From a virus, in the IMG/VR virus record IMGVR_UViG_3300003873_000002, positions 32,001 to 96,000 of that record: 64,000 bases of DNA. The stretch is one strand, 5' to 3'. Shown piece after piece: positions 41,353 to 50,484 of the stretch; the first letter of the stretch is position 1; each line of letters opens with the position of its first letter. The notes beneath the pieces were generated by a model, which made no database searches, was not told the DNA's origin, and saw only the letters and a list, made by a program, of their open reading frames with translations. Position numbers and translations under genes: made by a program.

Positions 41353-42051
41353 TTAATATTTTTTAACAATTTTAATATTAGTGCAAATACTATTAATTTT
41401 TGCAGGCGTTGATTTATACGCGGATATATTTTTTGTTTGTTTTATATTTTTCATAAAATACAATTCACTCTTTGGGATGTCATTATAATTAATGATCTTA
41501 AAAAATCCATATGGAATTAATAATTTACCAACTCTTTTAGCACTATTTGTATAACATACACCAGTTATAACAAAAATATCATGAGTTTTTGCAGTATTAA
41601 AAACATATTTTTCAAGTTGTTTCCATGCTCTTCTATTTAAACCAGGTGCTTGTGGGGAAACATTAGCTAAAGTAAATAACTCGCGCTGAAGTGATTTGTT
41701 TACATCTAACGCGGCATTTGGTGCCAAATGGCCTTTATCATAACCGGTATGACTATAGTCAGATGACCTGATTGCATATTTTTTGCTTATATGGTGTTCC
41801 ATATGAAAACCAGGTCTTTTTTTAAGTGATGGTGCAGAAACTATATTTTTATCCAAATAATATGATGAATACTCAGCATTCTTTAATTTATAGTTATAAC
41901 AAATATCATAAAGATGATAATTTATAACCTTATCACATTGTGTTTTAACAGTATAATCCGCAAGAGAATCACCCCACCATATAATATTAATTATAAATAA
42001 AATTAAAACTAATGTTTTGGGGGTTTTTAATGTTTTTATATAGTGACCCAT
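41353..42051 (-). CDS. DNA/RNA non-specific endonuclease (NucA/EndA type) with N-terminal signal/TM
   Basis: DKGHLAP, NVSPQ...LNRRAWKQLE; hydrophobic N-terminus. Confidence 0.9.
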   Translation of the reverse strand: MGHYIKTLKTPKTLVLILFIINIIWWGDSLADYTVKTQCDKVINYHLYDICYNYKLKNAEYSSYYLDKNIVSAPSLKKRPGFHMEHHISKKYAIRSSDYSHTGYDKGHLAPNAALDVNKSLQRELFTLANVSPQAPGLNRRAWKQLEKYVFNTAKTHDIFVITGVCYTNSAKRVGKLLIPYGFFKIINYNDIPKSELYFMKNIKQTKNISAYKSTPAKINSICTNIKIVKKY

Positions 42052-42073
42052 ATTATTTCCTTGTTATATGATT

Positions 42074-43003
42074 TTAAAAAATGCCTGTAAATGTGATTAA
42101 TCCAGCCACAGCTAATAATACTGTAGAAAGCATTAAAATATTTTTATAATATTCTGTGGATGGTGTGTTAAAATATGATTTTCCAATATAAAGGCACTTA
42201 TGCATTGGCGATAAAAGATATGCAATGAACTCAATAGTAAAGAACCATAATAAGTATTGTTCGCCATAAATAGTAACTAAAATTGCCACAATTGCTGCAA
42301 ATCTACTACTTGAACCCAATAAAAATGCACCCATAAAACCAATCAGAGAAGCAATAAATAAAGTTACACTTTCATGTTCAATAAAAGATTTAACTTCATT
42401 AGTATGTTCTTTTAAAATATTCGTCGCAAAAATTAACAGAGCAAGCACAATAATGATATCCCATCTTACATACTCCAATAAATTCTTAGGTTGTATATTG
42501 CATCTTGCACCACAACATGGTTTTTTGATTTCCACATTAATATTTTCTTCATCTAGCTTGAAAATAACCAGCCAAATAATAAACGCGAAAACAACTATAA
42601 TAGCAGGTGCCATTGTTTCAACTAAGCCCCAATATGACATCCCTAGAACCGCCATTGGGATGATAACTGATTTTTCAATGGGTGACCATAAGTAATAATG
42701 GTGTGTAGCAAAATAATCTATAATACCATAGATTTGTCTTTTTCTTTTATTTTTTGGTGCAATCTGGTCTAATATACCAGCAGATACTGATACTCTACCT
42801 GGCACAGGCAAAATACCACCAAATGCAGATATTAATAAAACAACTATTTTTTTATTCTTAATGGTCTTTAATAAATAATTAAAAAATGGCATAAAAATGC
42901 CTGTATCCTTTGCATATCCAGCAAAGATCATAATAAAACCAAGGTAAAAAAGATACCATTGATTGTGTGTTAATAAATGTAAAATATGATTATAATCAGT
43001 CAT
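42074..43003 (-). CDS. Multi-pass membrane transporter-like protein (ion-transporter superfamily, DUF401-like)
   Basis: ~9 TM segments; GILPVPGRV.VSA, HHYYLWSP and LLSPMHKC motifs. Confidence 0.65.
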   Translation of the reverse strand: MTDYNHILHLLTHNQWYLFYLGFIMIFAGYAKDTGIFMPFFNYLLKTIKNKKIVVLLISAFGGILPVPGRVSVSAGILDQIAPKNKRKRQIYGIIDYFATHHYYLWSPIEKSVIIPMAVLGMSYWGLVETMAPAIIVVFAFIIWLVIFKLDEENINVEIKKPCCGARCNIQPKNLLEYVRWDIIIVLALLIFATNILKEHTNEVKSFIEHESVTLFIASLIGFMGAFLLGSSSRFAAIVAILVTIYGEQYLLWFFTIEFIAYLLSPMHKCLYIGKSYFNTPSTEYYKNILMLSTVLLAVAGLITFTGIF

Positions 43004-43014
43004 TCTTTATTTCC

Positions 43015-44571
43015 TTATCTTCTTTTTGTTAAAAATTTCGCACTTTGCTTTAATAAAATAATAGCATAGTTTGTTTTAGATTCCATAACCTTATAGTACG
43101 ATACTTCATCTATTTTTATAAATTGTTCGATCATGTGGTCAATATTCGTCACTATAAATACACATTCATCATTTAATATCGTCTTATTTTTGTTAAAAAA
43201 TATATATGGATTTATTAATTTCATATCAATTAAAACAAAATCAATACCACCGGTATCTGGGATATCTATATCATTAAAATTATTGGTGTCATATAATATA
43301 ATATTATGACTTTTTTTATTTTTTAATATATTGCTTTTTAATTTTTCTTTCAGATTGGGGTTATCACGATAATCATCATAAATTATAATATCATTTATGT
43401 GCTTCATTACAATGCAGGTAGTTTTGCCGTCCTTTGAACCAATTTCCAAATATTTATTCGATTTTTTCGATATTTCATTTATAAGTGTATTTAATTGTCT
43501 GCCATAATTATTATCATTTAATTGGTTAATATATGAATTTAGTAATGCATTTGAAAGCATTTTTTGTTTATTTTTATCTGTTTTATTAAATGTTTTATGT
43601 AAATTATCACATGAATTACACTCAAAGCAATTGAATTCACATGTTTTAATTTTATTTCGCCAAAAATCGAACGCTTTTGGGTTAATATCTATTTGATATT
43701 GCTTGAATCCATTATAAACATGCTCTTTATTCAATGCAAAGTTTGAAATTATTTCCATTGTTTCATTGATTCTGGTTATGCTTTCTCTGCCGTGCATTTT
43801 TATAACATCAATGTAATCAAGCATTTCAACCCAATCCTCACGCCATGGTGTAAAATTAGCGGTTTTAAGAATTATAGCTTCATCATTATTATCCCACAAA
43901 GGACATGATACTCTAGATATTTCATTGACAAAATATGGCACATCATTGTCTTTTCTTGTATTATTATATGTAAAATGCTCATCCATTACATTGCACCCAC
44001 CTTTGCAACCTTCATTCGCTAATAATGATAGTTTCACATTATATTTATCAGCCACTTCCCTTAGTGTTTTTAGTCTGCTATGGTCCCTCATCAAAACTCT
44101 ATCCAAATTGATATATTTAAACCCAGCTTCTGCTAATTGAGCTATTTCTCTTGGTTCTGATACATTATTGAGGATTGTATTTTTGACAAACAAATCAGGG
44201 AAATTTTGTTGTATTTCGCCAGTTAACATCCAATGTGTAAATGGGATGGTTGCACTTCTTACACCTCTGTCATACAAAGGCTTGAAGTTTTCAATAAATG
44301 TTTTGAGATTTTTCTGAGAGGGGGATATAGTTGTATTGTTATATACTGCAGAAATTTTGAACCCCAATGATTGTAAATATAAAGCATTTTCCAGATGTGC
44401 ATCATTATTTTCAAATACATCACCCATAGCATCGTTATTAAATGGGTCAATTCTCGAAGTGAAATAAACATCATAAATATAATCATGGTGTCTTTCTAAA
44501 AAACCAACAAATTTAAAAAATTCTTGCTCATTTAATTTCGGGTTAAGTGGTACTGAAAAAATATGCTTCAT
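43015..44571 (-). CDS. U32-family Fe-S protein fused to a degenerate class I SAM-methyltransferase-like domain
   Basis: LLANEGCKGGC...H, SC, KMHGRE, CEFNCFECNSC; C-terminal YLEIGSKDGKT. Confidence 0.75.
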   Translation of the reverse strand: MKHIFSVPLNPKLNEQEFFKFVGFLERHHDYIYDVYFTSRIDPFNNDAMGDVFENNDAHLENALYLQSLGFKISAVYNNTTISPSQKNLKTFIENFKPLYDRGVRSATIPFTHWMLTGEIQQNFPDLFVKNTILNNVSEPREIAQLAEAGFKYINLDRVLMRDHSRLKTLREVADKYNVKLSLLANEGCKGGCNVMDEHFTYNNTRKDNDVPYFVNEISRVSCPLWDNNDEAIILKTANFTPWREDWVEMLDYIDVIKMHGRESITRINETMEIISNFALNKEHVYNGFKQYQIDINPKAFDFWRNKIKTCEFNCFECNSCDNLHKTFNKTDKNKQKMLSNALLNSYINQLNDNNYGRQLNTLINEISKKSNKYLEIGSKDGKTTCIVMKHINDIIIYDDYRDNPNLKEKLKSNILKNKKSHNIILYDTNNFNDIDIPDTGGIDFVLIDMKLINPYIFFNKNKTILNDECVFIVTNIDHMIEQFIKIDEVSYYKVMESKTNYAIILLKQSAKFLTKRR

Positions 44572-44590
44572 ATTACTATCCATGTTATTT

Positions 44591-44640
44591 ATACTATGTT
44601 ATACTATGTTATACTATGTTATACTATGTTATACTATGTT
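44591..44640. repeat. 10-bp tandem array (atactatgtt x5)
   Basis: Perfect repeats in the leader of the U32 gene. Confidence 0.95.
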
Positions 44641-44642
44641 AT

Positions 44643-44671
44643 ATTATAATATAATAATTATAAGAAAGCAA
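44643..44671 (-). promoter_or_regulatory. Sigma70-type promoter for the U32/transporter/nuclease genes
   Basis: TTGCTT-17 bp-TATAAT on the minus strand; AT-rich context raises the chance of a random match. Confidence 0.5.
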
Positions 44672-44724
44672 TAGAAAAACAATAGAATGTAATATTTTTA
44701 ATTTATTTAGATTATTTAGGTTAT

Positions 44725-45441
44725 TTAAATTAATGTCTTTATTTCAAAATTATCTTTATCAAATTTATAATTTAATAAATCAAATAATTTATAATTTGGT
44801 GGATACTGTAGCCATTTAGTCATGAATAGTGATTGGTCTAATTTTGTTTTGATATTTTTTAAATCAGTGAGGACTTTTCTGCGCTTAGTAATAATAGATA
44901 ATAAATAATCATTGTGTTTAGTGATTTTATCCTCGATTTTTTTAAAATACACGTCGCGAGACAATCCTGATACCAATGCAAGAGAATCCACAAATGGTGT
45001 TTGTTGTGATTTATCATTTTTATAAATAACTAATTCATCTTTTTGGATATCCCAAGTTGCTTTATCAATTATTTTCGGGGTGTTCGATTCATAGATATTA
45101 TTATACAAATTATCTATATAATTACCAGTAAGTAATTTAAATAATTCAAAACCAGCATTTAATTCTTCCTCTGTGAAATAAACAACCTTTTTAACTTTTT
45201 CAACAGTTTCTTCTTCAAACGTGCTATTGTTATTAACATAAACTTTATGAAATGGAAATTGTGTCCTAAGTGAATCGACACCAATTAAAAGTTCTGGTTT
45301 GATTTCGATGGGGTTGTATTTTCTTATATCTTGAGTTCTTAAAGCATCACTGTCCACTGAAACTATCGCGTGATGGCATTCTCTGGCTATTACATTATAT
45401 TCGGTGACAATCACATCTTCAAGCATTGCGAAATATTTCAT
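44725..45441 (-). CDS. Fibre assembly chaperone-like protein
   Basis: TWDIQKDE...TPFVDSLA..SGL...KI pattern; follows a fibre gene. Confidence 0.55.
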   Translation of the reverse strand: MKYFAMLEDVIVTEYNVIARECHHAIVSVDSDALRTQDIRKYNPIEIKPELLIGVDSLRTQFPFHKVYVNNNSTFEEETVEKVKKVVYFTEEELNAGFELFKLLTGNYIDNLYNNIYESNTPKIIDKATWDIQKDELVIYKNDKSQQTPFVDSLALVSGLSRDVYFKKIEDKITKHNDYLLSIITKRRKVLTDLKNIKTKLDQSLFMTKWLQYPPNYKLFDLLNYKFDKDNFEIKTLI

Positions 45442-45461
45442 TTTTATATCCTAATCTGTTA

Positions 45462-47180
45462 TTAAATTGTTGCAGCGGATGCATATCCAGATGATGTGCC
45501 TGCTGTTTTGCTTCTCCCAGATGCGGGTAACTCAATCATAGATTCTGTTCTAAATGCAAGTCTAAATGCCCTATTTGATTGTACACCACTAATATATCCA
45601 CCAATAGTATAGCCTTTTTCATTGCCGGCTTGCCAATTATCCTCTGCTATCCCGTTAGTTGTTCCGGGTGACGCAGTTGTTAAAATGTATGATAGTGTTG
45701 GGATATTTATTTTATACATGCATCCATTCCCACCATTACCCGCAGATACATACGCCACATCAAAGTATGTGCTTATTGCCCCTTCACCATAGCTGTTACT
45801 CGGGTAATTTACAAAATATGCAATGCCTGTGGCAAATGGTATAGAATAATCTTTTTTATTCCCTTTCGATTTTCCTGCAGTTATATTTATCCCTGTAATT
45901 GAATAACCTGCAGTGGATGAGTTAAAAAACGTTAGATGTCTACCCATCGGCCATGCATCATCTGTGCTTAAATAGTCTTCAAATGTATACGTATCATTAA
46001 CATAAAGGTGTTTTATTTTTTTGTTCCAAGTGGGTGTTGATGATGGTTCAAATCCCACAACCCATGAAAATGTTTTTTGGTTGAACATAGTTGCACCATT
46101 ATTTCCGCTGTTTGGCATCAATGTTCCTGTTTTACTAGTAACTGTCGCATAGTCTAAATGAGAAACTTGATTATATTGCCCACTTACACTGGCACCAATC
46201 CCATAAACATATTGCATTGTGTCACTAAAAGATCCACAAACATATGCACCTGGCTTGTCAAAAACGTTGATAACACGTGTTGTAATATCTGTTGCATAAT
46301 CTGTTACATGGCAATCGTTATATGCGACACCACTTTTATACCCAAAAGAAGTATATCCTTTAACATATGTTGTTTTATATTTATAATCAGCTCTTGCTAG
46401 TTCGTTTTTACCTTGTAATATAGCCAATGCATTCGCGTTACCATCAATCTTCGCCGCAAAACTGTCTATTTTACTGCCAGATAATGCAACAGCACTCTCA
46501 ACACCAGAAATACGGTTGTCGTAACTATCCAATGTATTAGTTAAACCAGGTATTTTGGTGAAATCAAAATTCATCAAATAATCGTGATCTGATTTAATAT
46601 AATCAACAATTTCCTGAATGGATTTTAATGACGGGTCATTTGATGCAGTTAAATTTTCGAGCGTAGTTAGTCTGCCGTATATACCATTTAAAGCGTCTCT
46701 TAATCCAATTATTGAATCAATATTAAGCGATTGCAATAATTCTCGATTTGATTGTATATAATCAACAATTTCCTGTACAGTATCAAGGTCAATTTTATTT
46801 GATGATATAATTTTTAGTATACCATTAACATCATTCCTTAATGAGCTAATATTACCTGAATTATTATCTATAATAGTCTTATTAGCTGATATACTGTTTT
46901 TATTTATGGTACAACATTCTGTGTTTTTCTGAATATTAATAACATTCTTCAAATAATTATCATAATTGTTTTTAATTGTTGTTTGAAGAATACCTATTGT
47001 ACTGTTTATAATGTCTATTTCACTGTTAATTTCCACAATAGAATTAGTATTATCATTAATATTATCTATATGCTTATTTGATTCAACGTAGTTTTTTAAG
47101 GCGCGCATAGCTGATTGAAGAACTAAATCATTCTCTAAAAGTTCATCATTATGTATTGGCATTTGGGTATTTGGGAGCAT
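45462..47180 (-). CDS. Fibre protein with C-terminal beta-propeller-like domain
   Basis: LPN anchor, LDTVQEIVDYI twice, repeated GY..GY / GY..GGY blades. Confidence 0.65.
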   Translation of the reverse strand: MLPNTQMPIHNDELLENDLVLQSAMRALKNYVESNKHIDNINDNTNSIVEINSEIDIINSTIGILQTTIKNNYDNYLKNVINIQKNTECCTINKNSISANKTIIDNNSGNISSLRNDVNGILKIISSNKIDLDTVQEIVDYIQSNRELLQSLNIDSIIGLRDALNGIYGRLTTLENLTASNDPSLKSIQEIVDYIKSDHDYLMNFDFTKIPGLTNTLDSYDNRISGVESAVALSGSKIDSFAAKIDGNANALAILQGKNELARADYKYKTTYVKGYTSFGYKSGVAYNDCHVTDYATDITTRVINVFDKPGAYVCGSFSDTMQYVYGIGASVSGQYNQVSHLDYATVTSKTGTLMPNSGNNGATMFNQKTFSWVVGFEPSSTPTWNKKIKHLYVNDTYTFEDYLSTDDAWPMGRHLTFFNSSTAGYSITGINITAGKSKGNKKDYSIPFATGIAYFVNYPSNSYGEGAISTYFDVAYVSAGNGGNGCMYKINIPTLSYILTTASPGTTNGIAEDNWQAGNEKGYTIGGYISGVQSNRAFRLAFRTESMIELPASGRSKTAGTSSGYASAATI

Positions 47181-47263
47181 ATTAAACCTGTGGATTTTTT
47201 ATTTTATTTAATTAAAACAAAATATTTATGTTCATATTATTCCTGGTAATCCTAAGAATATCA

Positions 47264-48238
47264 TTAAACAAAATATTCTTGTATGGAATTGAACCCTTCA
47301 CCGTATATGGGATATTGGAATCTTTTCATGCAATCTATTATTACACTTTCAGGTATATCTTTACCATATTCTGTTGAGCGTTTAGCAGATGATTCTAATA
47401 TATCATCAAATGATCTATAGAACACAACAGCAGTATAATTACGTTTATTTCGCCTGTTATTTAACCATCTTCTTCTTGATTTTTCGTTCATATTAGTCAT
47501 ATCAACTACTATGTTTTTATCCTCTTTTACTGCTTTGTTGTATGTTCTAACAAGTGAATCCATTATACCACATGTATTAGTTTTATTATCTTCCATATAT
47601 TTAAATTTATCGTTGTATGTCTCCCCTGGTAATTTCATTATCTGTTCATCAAAACTTATAACAACATCAAAATTGTTATTTTGCACAAATGTCGATTTAC
47701 CCGAACAAGGTGGTCCAACAAGTATAGTAGTGGTTGGGTTACTGGCATTAAATTCAACATATTCTAATGCATTGCGTATTTTTGATTGATTTAATGTGTG
47801 TGAGTGATCAGATATTGACCCCCGTCTATCATATATAGAGAATTTTTCTATATTTTTCTTTTGGGTGAGGTCTTTTTCTCCCCACGGTCTATTGTATCGC
47901 CACAAATCACCATGCATGGCAACTGTTTTTAGTATACATGTGTTTCTCGTATAGCTATTCGCTATATAAAAACTCAAACCTTCATGCCCATAAAATGTGG
48001 CGTGTTTCTTTTCATGATTATATGTTTTAGCCAAAGGCTTACCTAAATCATGCAACCAAGCAATATTCCTGAAGAATTCTGGTTTATCGTTGTCTTTACT
48101 CGCTTCATTGACTACAGCCACAACGTGGTTCCAAACTGAACCTTCGCGATGATAACATGACGGATTGTTTTTGTCATATCCATGTTCACAATTTTTAAAA
48201 AGATTGATGTGTTTGTCATTTAACTTTATATTATGCAT
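47264..48238 (-). CDS. HD-domain phosphohydrolase plus AAA_33 P-loop kinase (polynucleotide kinase/phosphatase-like)
   Basis: YHREGSVWNH, LHDLGKP, FYGHE, GPPCSGKST, VVDMTN. Confidence 0.85.
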   Translation of the reverse strand: MHNIKLNDKHINLFKNCEHGYDKNNPSCYHREGSVWNHVVAVVNEASKDNDKPEFFRNIAWLHDLGKPLAKTYNHEKKHATFYGHEGLSFYIANSYTRNTCILKTVAMHGDLWRYNRPWGEKDLTQKKNIEKFSIYDRRGSISDHSHTLNQSKIRNALEYVEFNASNPTTTILVGPPCSGKSTFVQNNNFDVVISFDEQIMKLPGETYNDKFKYMEDNKTNTCGIMDSLVRTYNKAVKEDKNIVVDMTNMNEKSRRRWLNNRRNKRNYTAVVFYRSFDDILESSAKRSTEYGKDIPESVIIDCMKRFQYPIYGEGFNSIQEYFV

Positions 48239-48295
48239 ATTATACCATTTAATATATTAATACGCATAATACTGCGTATTATGTACTATATTTAT

Positions 48296-48324
48296 ATTAT
48301 ATCATAATTTTAAATTAATTGCAA
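48296..48324 (-). promoter_or_regulatory. Consensus sigma70 promoter with extended -10
   Basis: TTGCAA-17 bp-TATAAT with TGn before the -10 box. Confidence 0.7.
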
Positions 48325-48333
48325 CATAATAAA

Positions 48334-49956
48334 TTATTTTAATTCAACCCAATTTTCTATTGTGCCATCAGATGAAGTGATTTTATACGATGAATCAGCG
48401 GGCACGTCACATTCTATTATATAACTAAATAAACCACCGTAACCTTTTATGTGTTTAACCGAAACACCATCAACATAAAAATAAACATCATTTGATGAAT
48501 TTGCATTATCATTATTTTGGTATGATAATGATACTGTAATGGGATAACCAGATGTATTTGAATAAACTGTATCAAAAGCTCTATTTGCGGTTTCATCCAC
48601 CCATGATTTAATAGCGGATGTGTTGTTTAAAGTTGATACAGTATTACTTAAATCTGTTACTGTGGTACTAAGATTAGTAAATTCAGTTCCAGATGGTAAA
48701 GTTGATACAGTATTACTTAAATCTGATACTGTAGTACTAAGATTAGTAAATTCATTTCCAGATGGTAAAGTTGATACAGTATTACTTAAATCTGTTACTG
48801 TGGTACTAAGATTAGTAAATTCAGTTCCAGATGGTAAAGATGATACAGTATTACTTAAATCTGTTACTGTAGTACTAAGATTACCGATATCACTCTTATT
48901 TGTTTCCACTTGGAGTGTTAATCCACTCACATTAGTATTGTTAGTTGTTATATATGTGCTAAACCCCTGAGTGTACGTCACTACCCCGCTAACATTATTA
49001 CTCAGATCTGTGATGGCTAATTTGTTAACATTAATATCATTATACGCTTTATGTATGTCATCATATATTTGATTTTTATCTGATGTCATTTGGTCACGTA
49101 TATTACTAATAGTTGCATTTGTATTTTCTACATTATATGCTATATCTGATTCAATACCATTCCTAGTATCTTGTAGTTCCTGTTTAGTGGCAAATACATC
49201 AGATGTTGTTGCGTTATTATCGACCAATTTTTTAATGGCTTGAAGATTTGATTCAAATGTTATATCATTTGCTTGTAGTTTACTAATATCATTTGAATTA
49301 TTGTCTATATTGGTTTTAAAATTGTCGAATAATATTTTATTAGCGTCTAACAATGCAGTATTATTAGATATAGTAGCTCTCATATCATCAAGGGTGGTAT
49401 TAATCGATTGTATATCCGCTTGGATTTTTGTGCTGTCTACATTGCTGGTATTACCAGCATTAATATTTGCACTAATATTATCAATTGTGTTTTGTATATT
49501 TTTAATATTTGTTTGTATGCTTGTAATATTAGAAGTATTTGTATCTACAGTCGGCCTCAAACCGCTTACAACTGACACCAAACTATTAATATTATCATTT
49601 ACAACCGCACTAGAATTTGATGGGGTGTAATTTGTTAAAAAATTATCAATACGATCTTTGTTCAAAATAATATCATCTTTTAATGCATTAAATTGATTAA
49701 TGAAGTCGTTAACAAGACCTTTTACATTTTCAATTTGTTTTTTATTTCTATTAGTATCATCTACATTGCTATCAGTTATATGTTCGTATGATGATATATG
49801 TGATAGTGCTGTTTCTAATTGATTTTGTAAATCTATTATGTTTTTATCAAGGTATTTATCGTTGTTTATTAAACGAAGTATCTGTAAGTTAAAATCCTCC
49901 CCTTGCACCGAATTATACAAAGGTTGTGATTTTAATGTATTGTTTGGTAAACTCAT
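48334..49956 (-). CDS. Coiled-coil fibre protein with small C-terminal tip domain
   Basis: SLPN anchor, heptads, RAFDTVYSNTSGYPI...VP...Y...WVEL tip. Confidence 0.75.
   Translation of the reverse strand: MSLPNNTLKSQPLYNSVQGEDFNLQILRLINNDKYLDKNIIDLQNQLETALSHISSYEHITDSNVDDTNRNKKQIENVKGLVNDFINQFNALKDDIILNKDRIDNFLTNYTPSNSSAVVNDNINSLVSVVSGLRPTVDTNTSNITSIQTNIKNIQNTIDNISANINAGNTSNVDSTKIQADIQSINTTLDDMRATISNNTALLDANKILFDNFKTNIDNNSNDISKLQANDITFESNLQAIKKLVDNNATTSDVFATKQELQDTRNGIESDIAYNVENTNATISNIRDQMTSDKNQIYDDIHKAYNDINVNKLAITDLSNNVSGVVTYTQGFSTYITTNNTNVSGLTLQVETNKSDIGNLSTTVTDLSNTVSSLPSGTEFTNLSTTVTDLSNTVSTLPSGNEFTNLSTTVSDLSNTVSTLPSGTEFTNLSTTVTDLSNTVSTLNNTSAIKSWVDETANRAFDTVYSNTSGYPITVSLSYQNNDNANSSNDVYFYVDGVSVKHIKGYGGLFSYIIECDVPADSSYKITSSDGTIENWVELK
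48628..48883 (-). repeat. 69-bp (23-aa) tandem repeat, ~3.7 copies
   Basis: NLSTTVTDLSNTVSTLPSGTEFT units. Confidence 0.95.
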
Positions 49957-50004
49957 TTATTATTCCTATTTATGATAAATTGACGACAATCACTCAATTA
50001 TTTT

Positions 50005-50484
50005 TCAATTATTTTCAATTATTTTTAATTCTTCAACACTCGTCGCATTTTTTACATATAATTTATCATCTTGATATTTTACAAAATTTGACCTGTTTCT
50101 TGTTATGATTGATTCATATAAAGATTTCAATTCATTATATGTCATATTTATGCGATCATTATTTTTGTTTAACCAGAAGAAATCCACAGGCAAAGTCTGG
50201 GATGATAATTCTGTCATCATTTTATTGATACTTTTTTGATCTGCTTGAAATGTATTGCCGTTAAAATCAATATCATTTTCACATTTATCGTTATATGCTT
50301 GCAGGATATCAATAAATTTTTGTTTTCTGACTTCTTCTAGTTCATCTAATGGCACTAAATCGTTATTTGTGATCCATTCTTTGACCGCAAAAAAATGTCT
50401 GTTATTGATATCATTCGGCACAAAAAAGCTGTCATTGATTTTATACCCATTTTTAAGTTGTTTTACTGTTTTTATAACTATCAC
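50005..50484 (-). CDS. Fibre chaperone (DUF4376-like)
   Basis: FVPNDINNRHF; FQADQKS...WLNKNN. Confidence 0.7.
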   Translation of the reverse strand: MIVIKTVKQLKNGYKINDSFFVPNDINNRHFFAVKEWITNNDLVPLDELEEVRKQKFIDILQAYNDKCENDIDFNGNTFQADQKSINKMMTELSSQTLPVDFFWLNKNNDRINMTYNELKSLYESIITRNRSNFVKYQDDKLYVKNATSVEELKIIENN

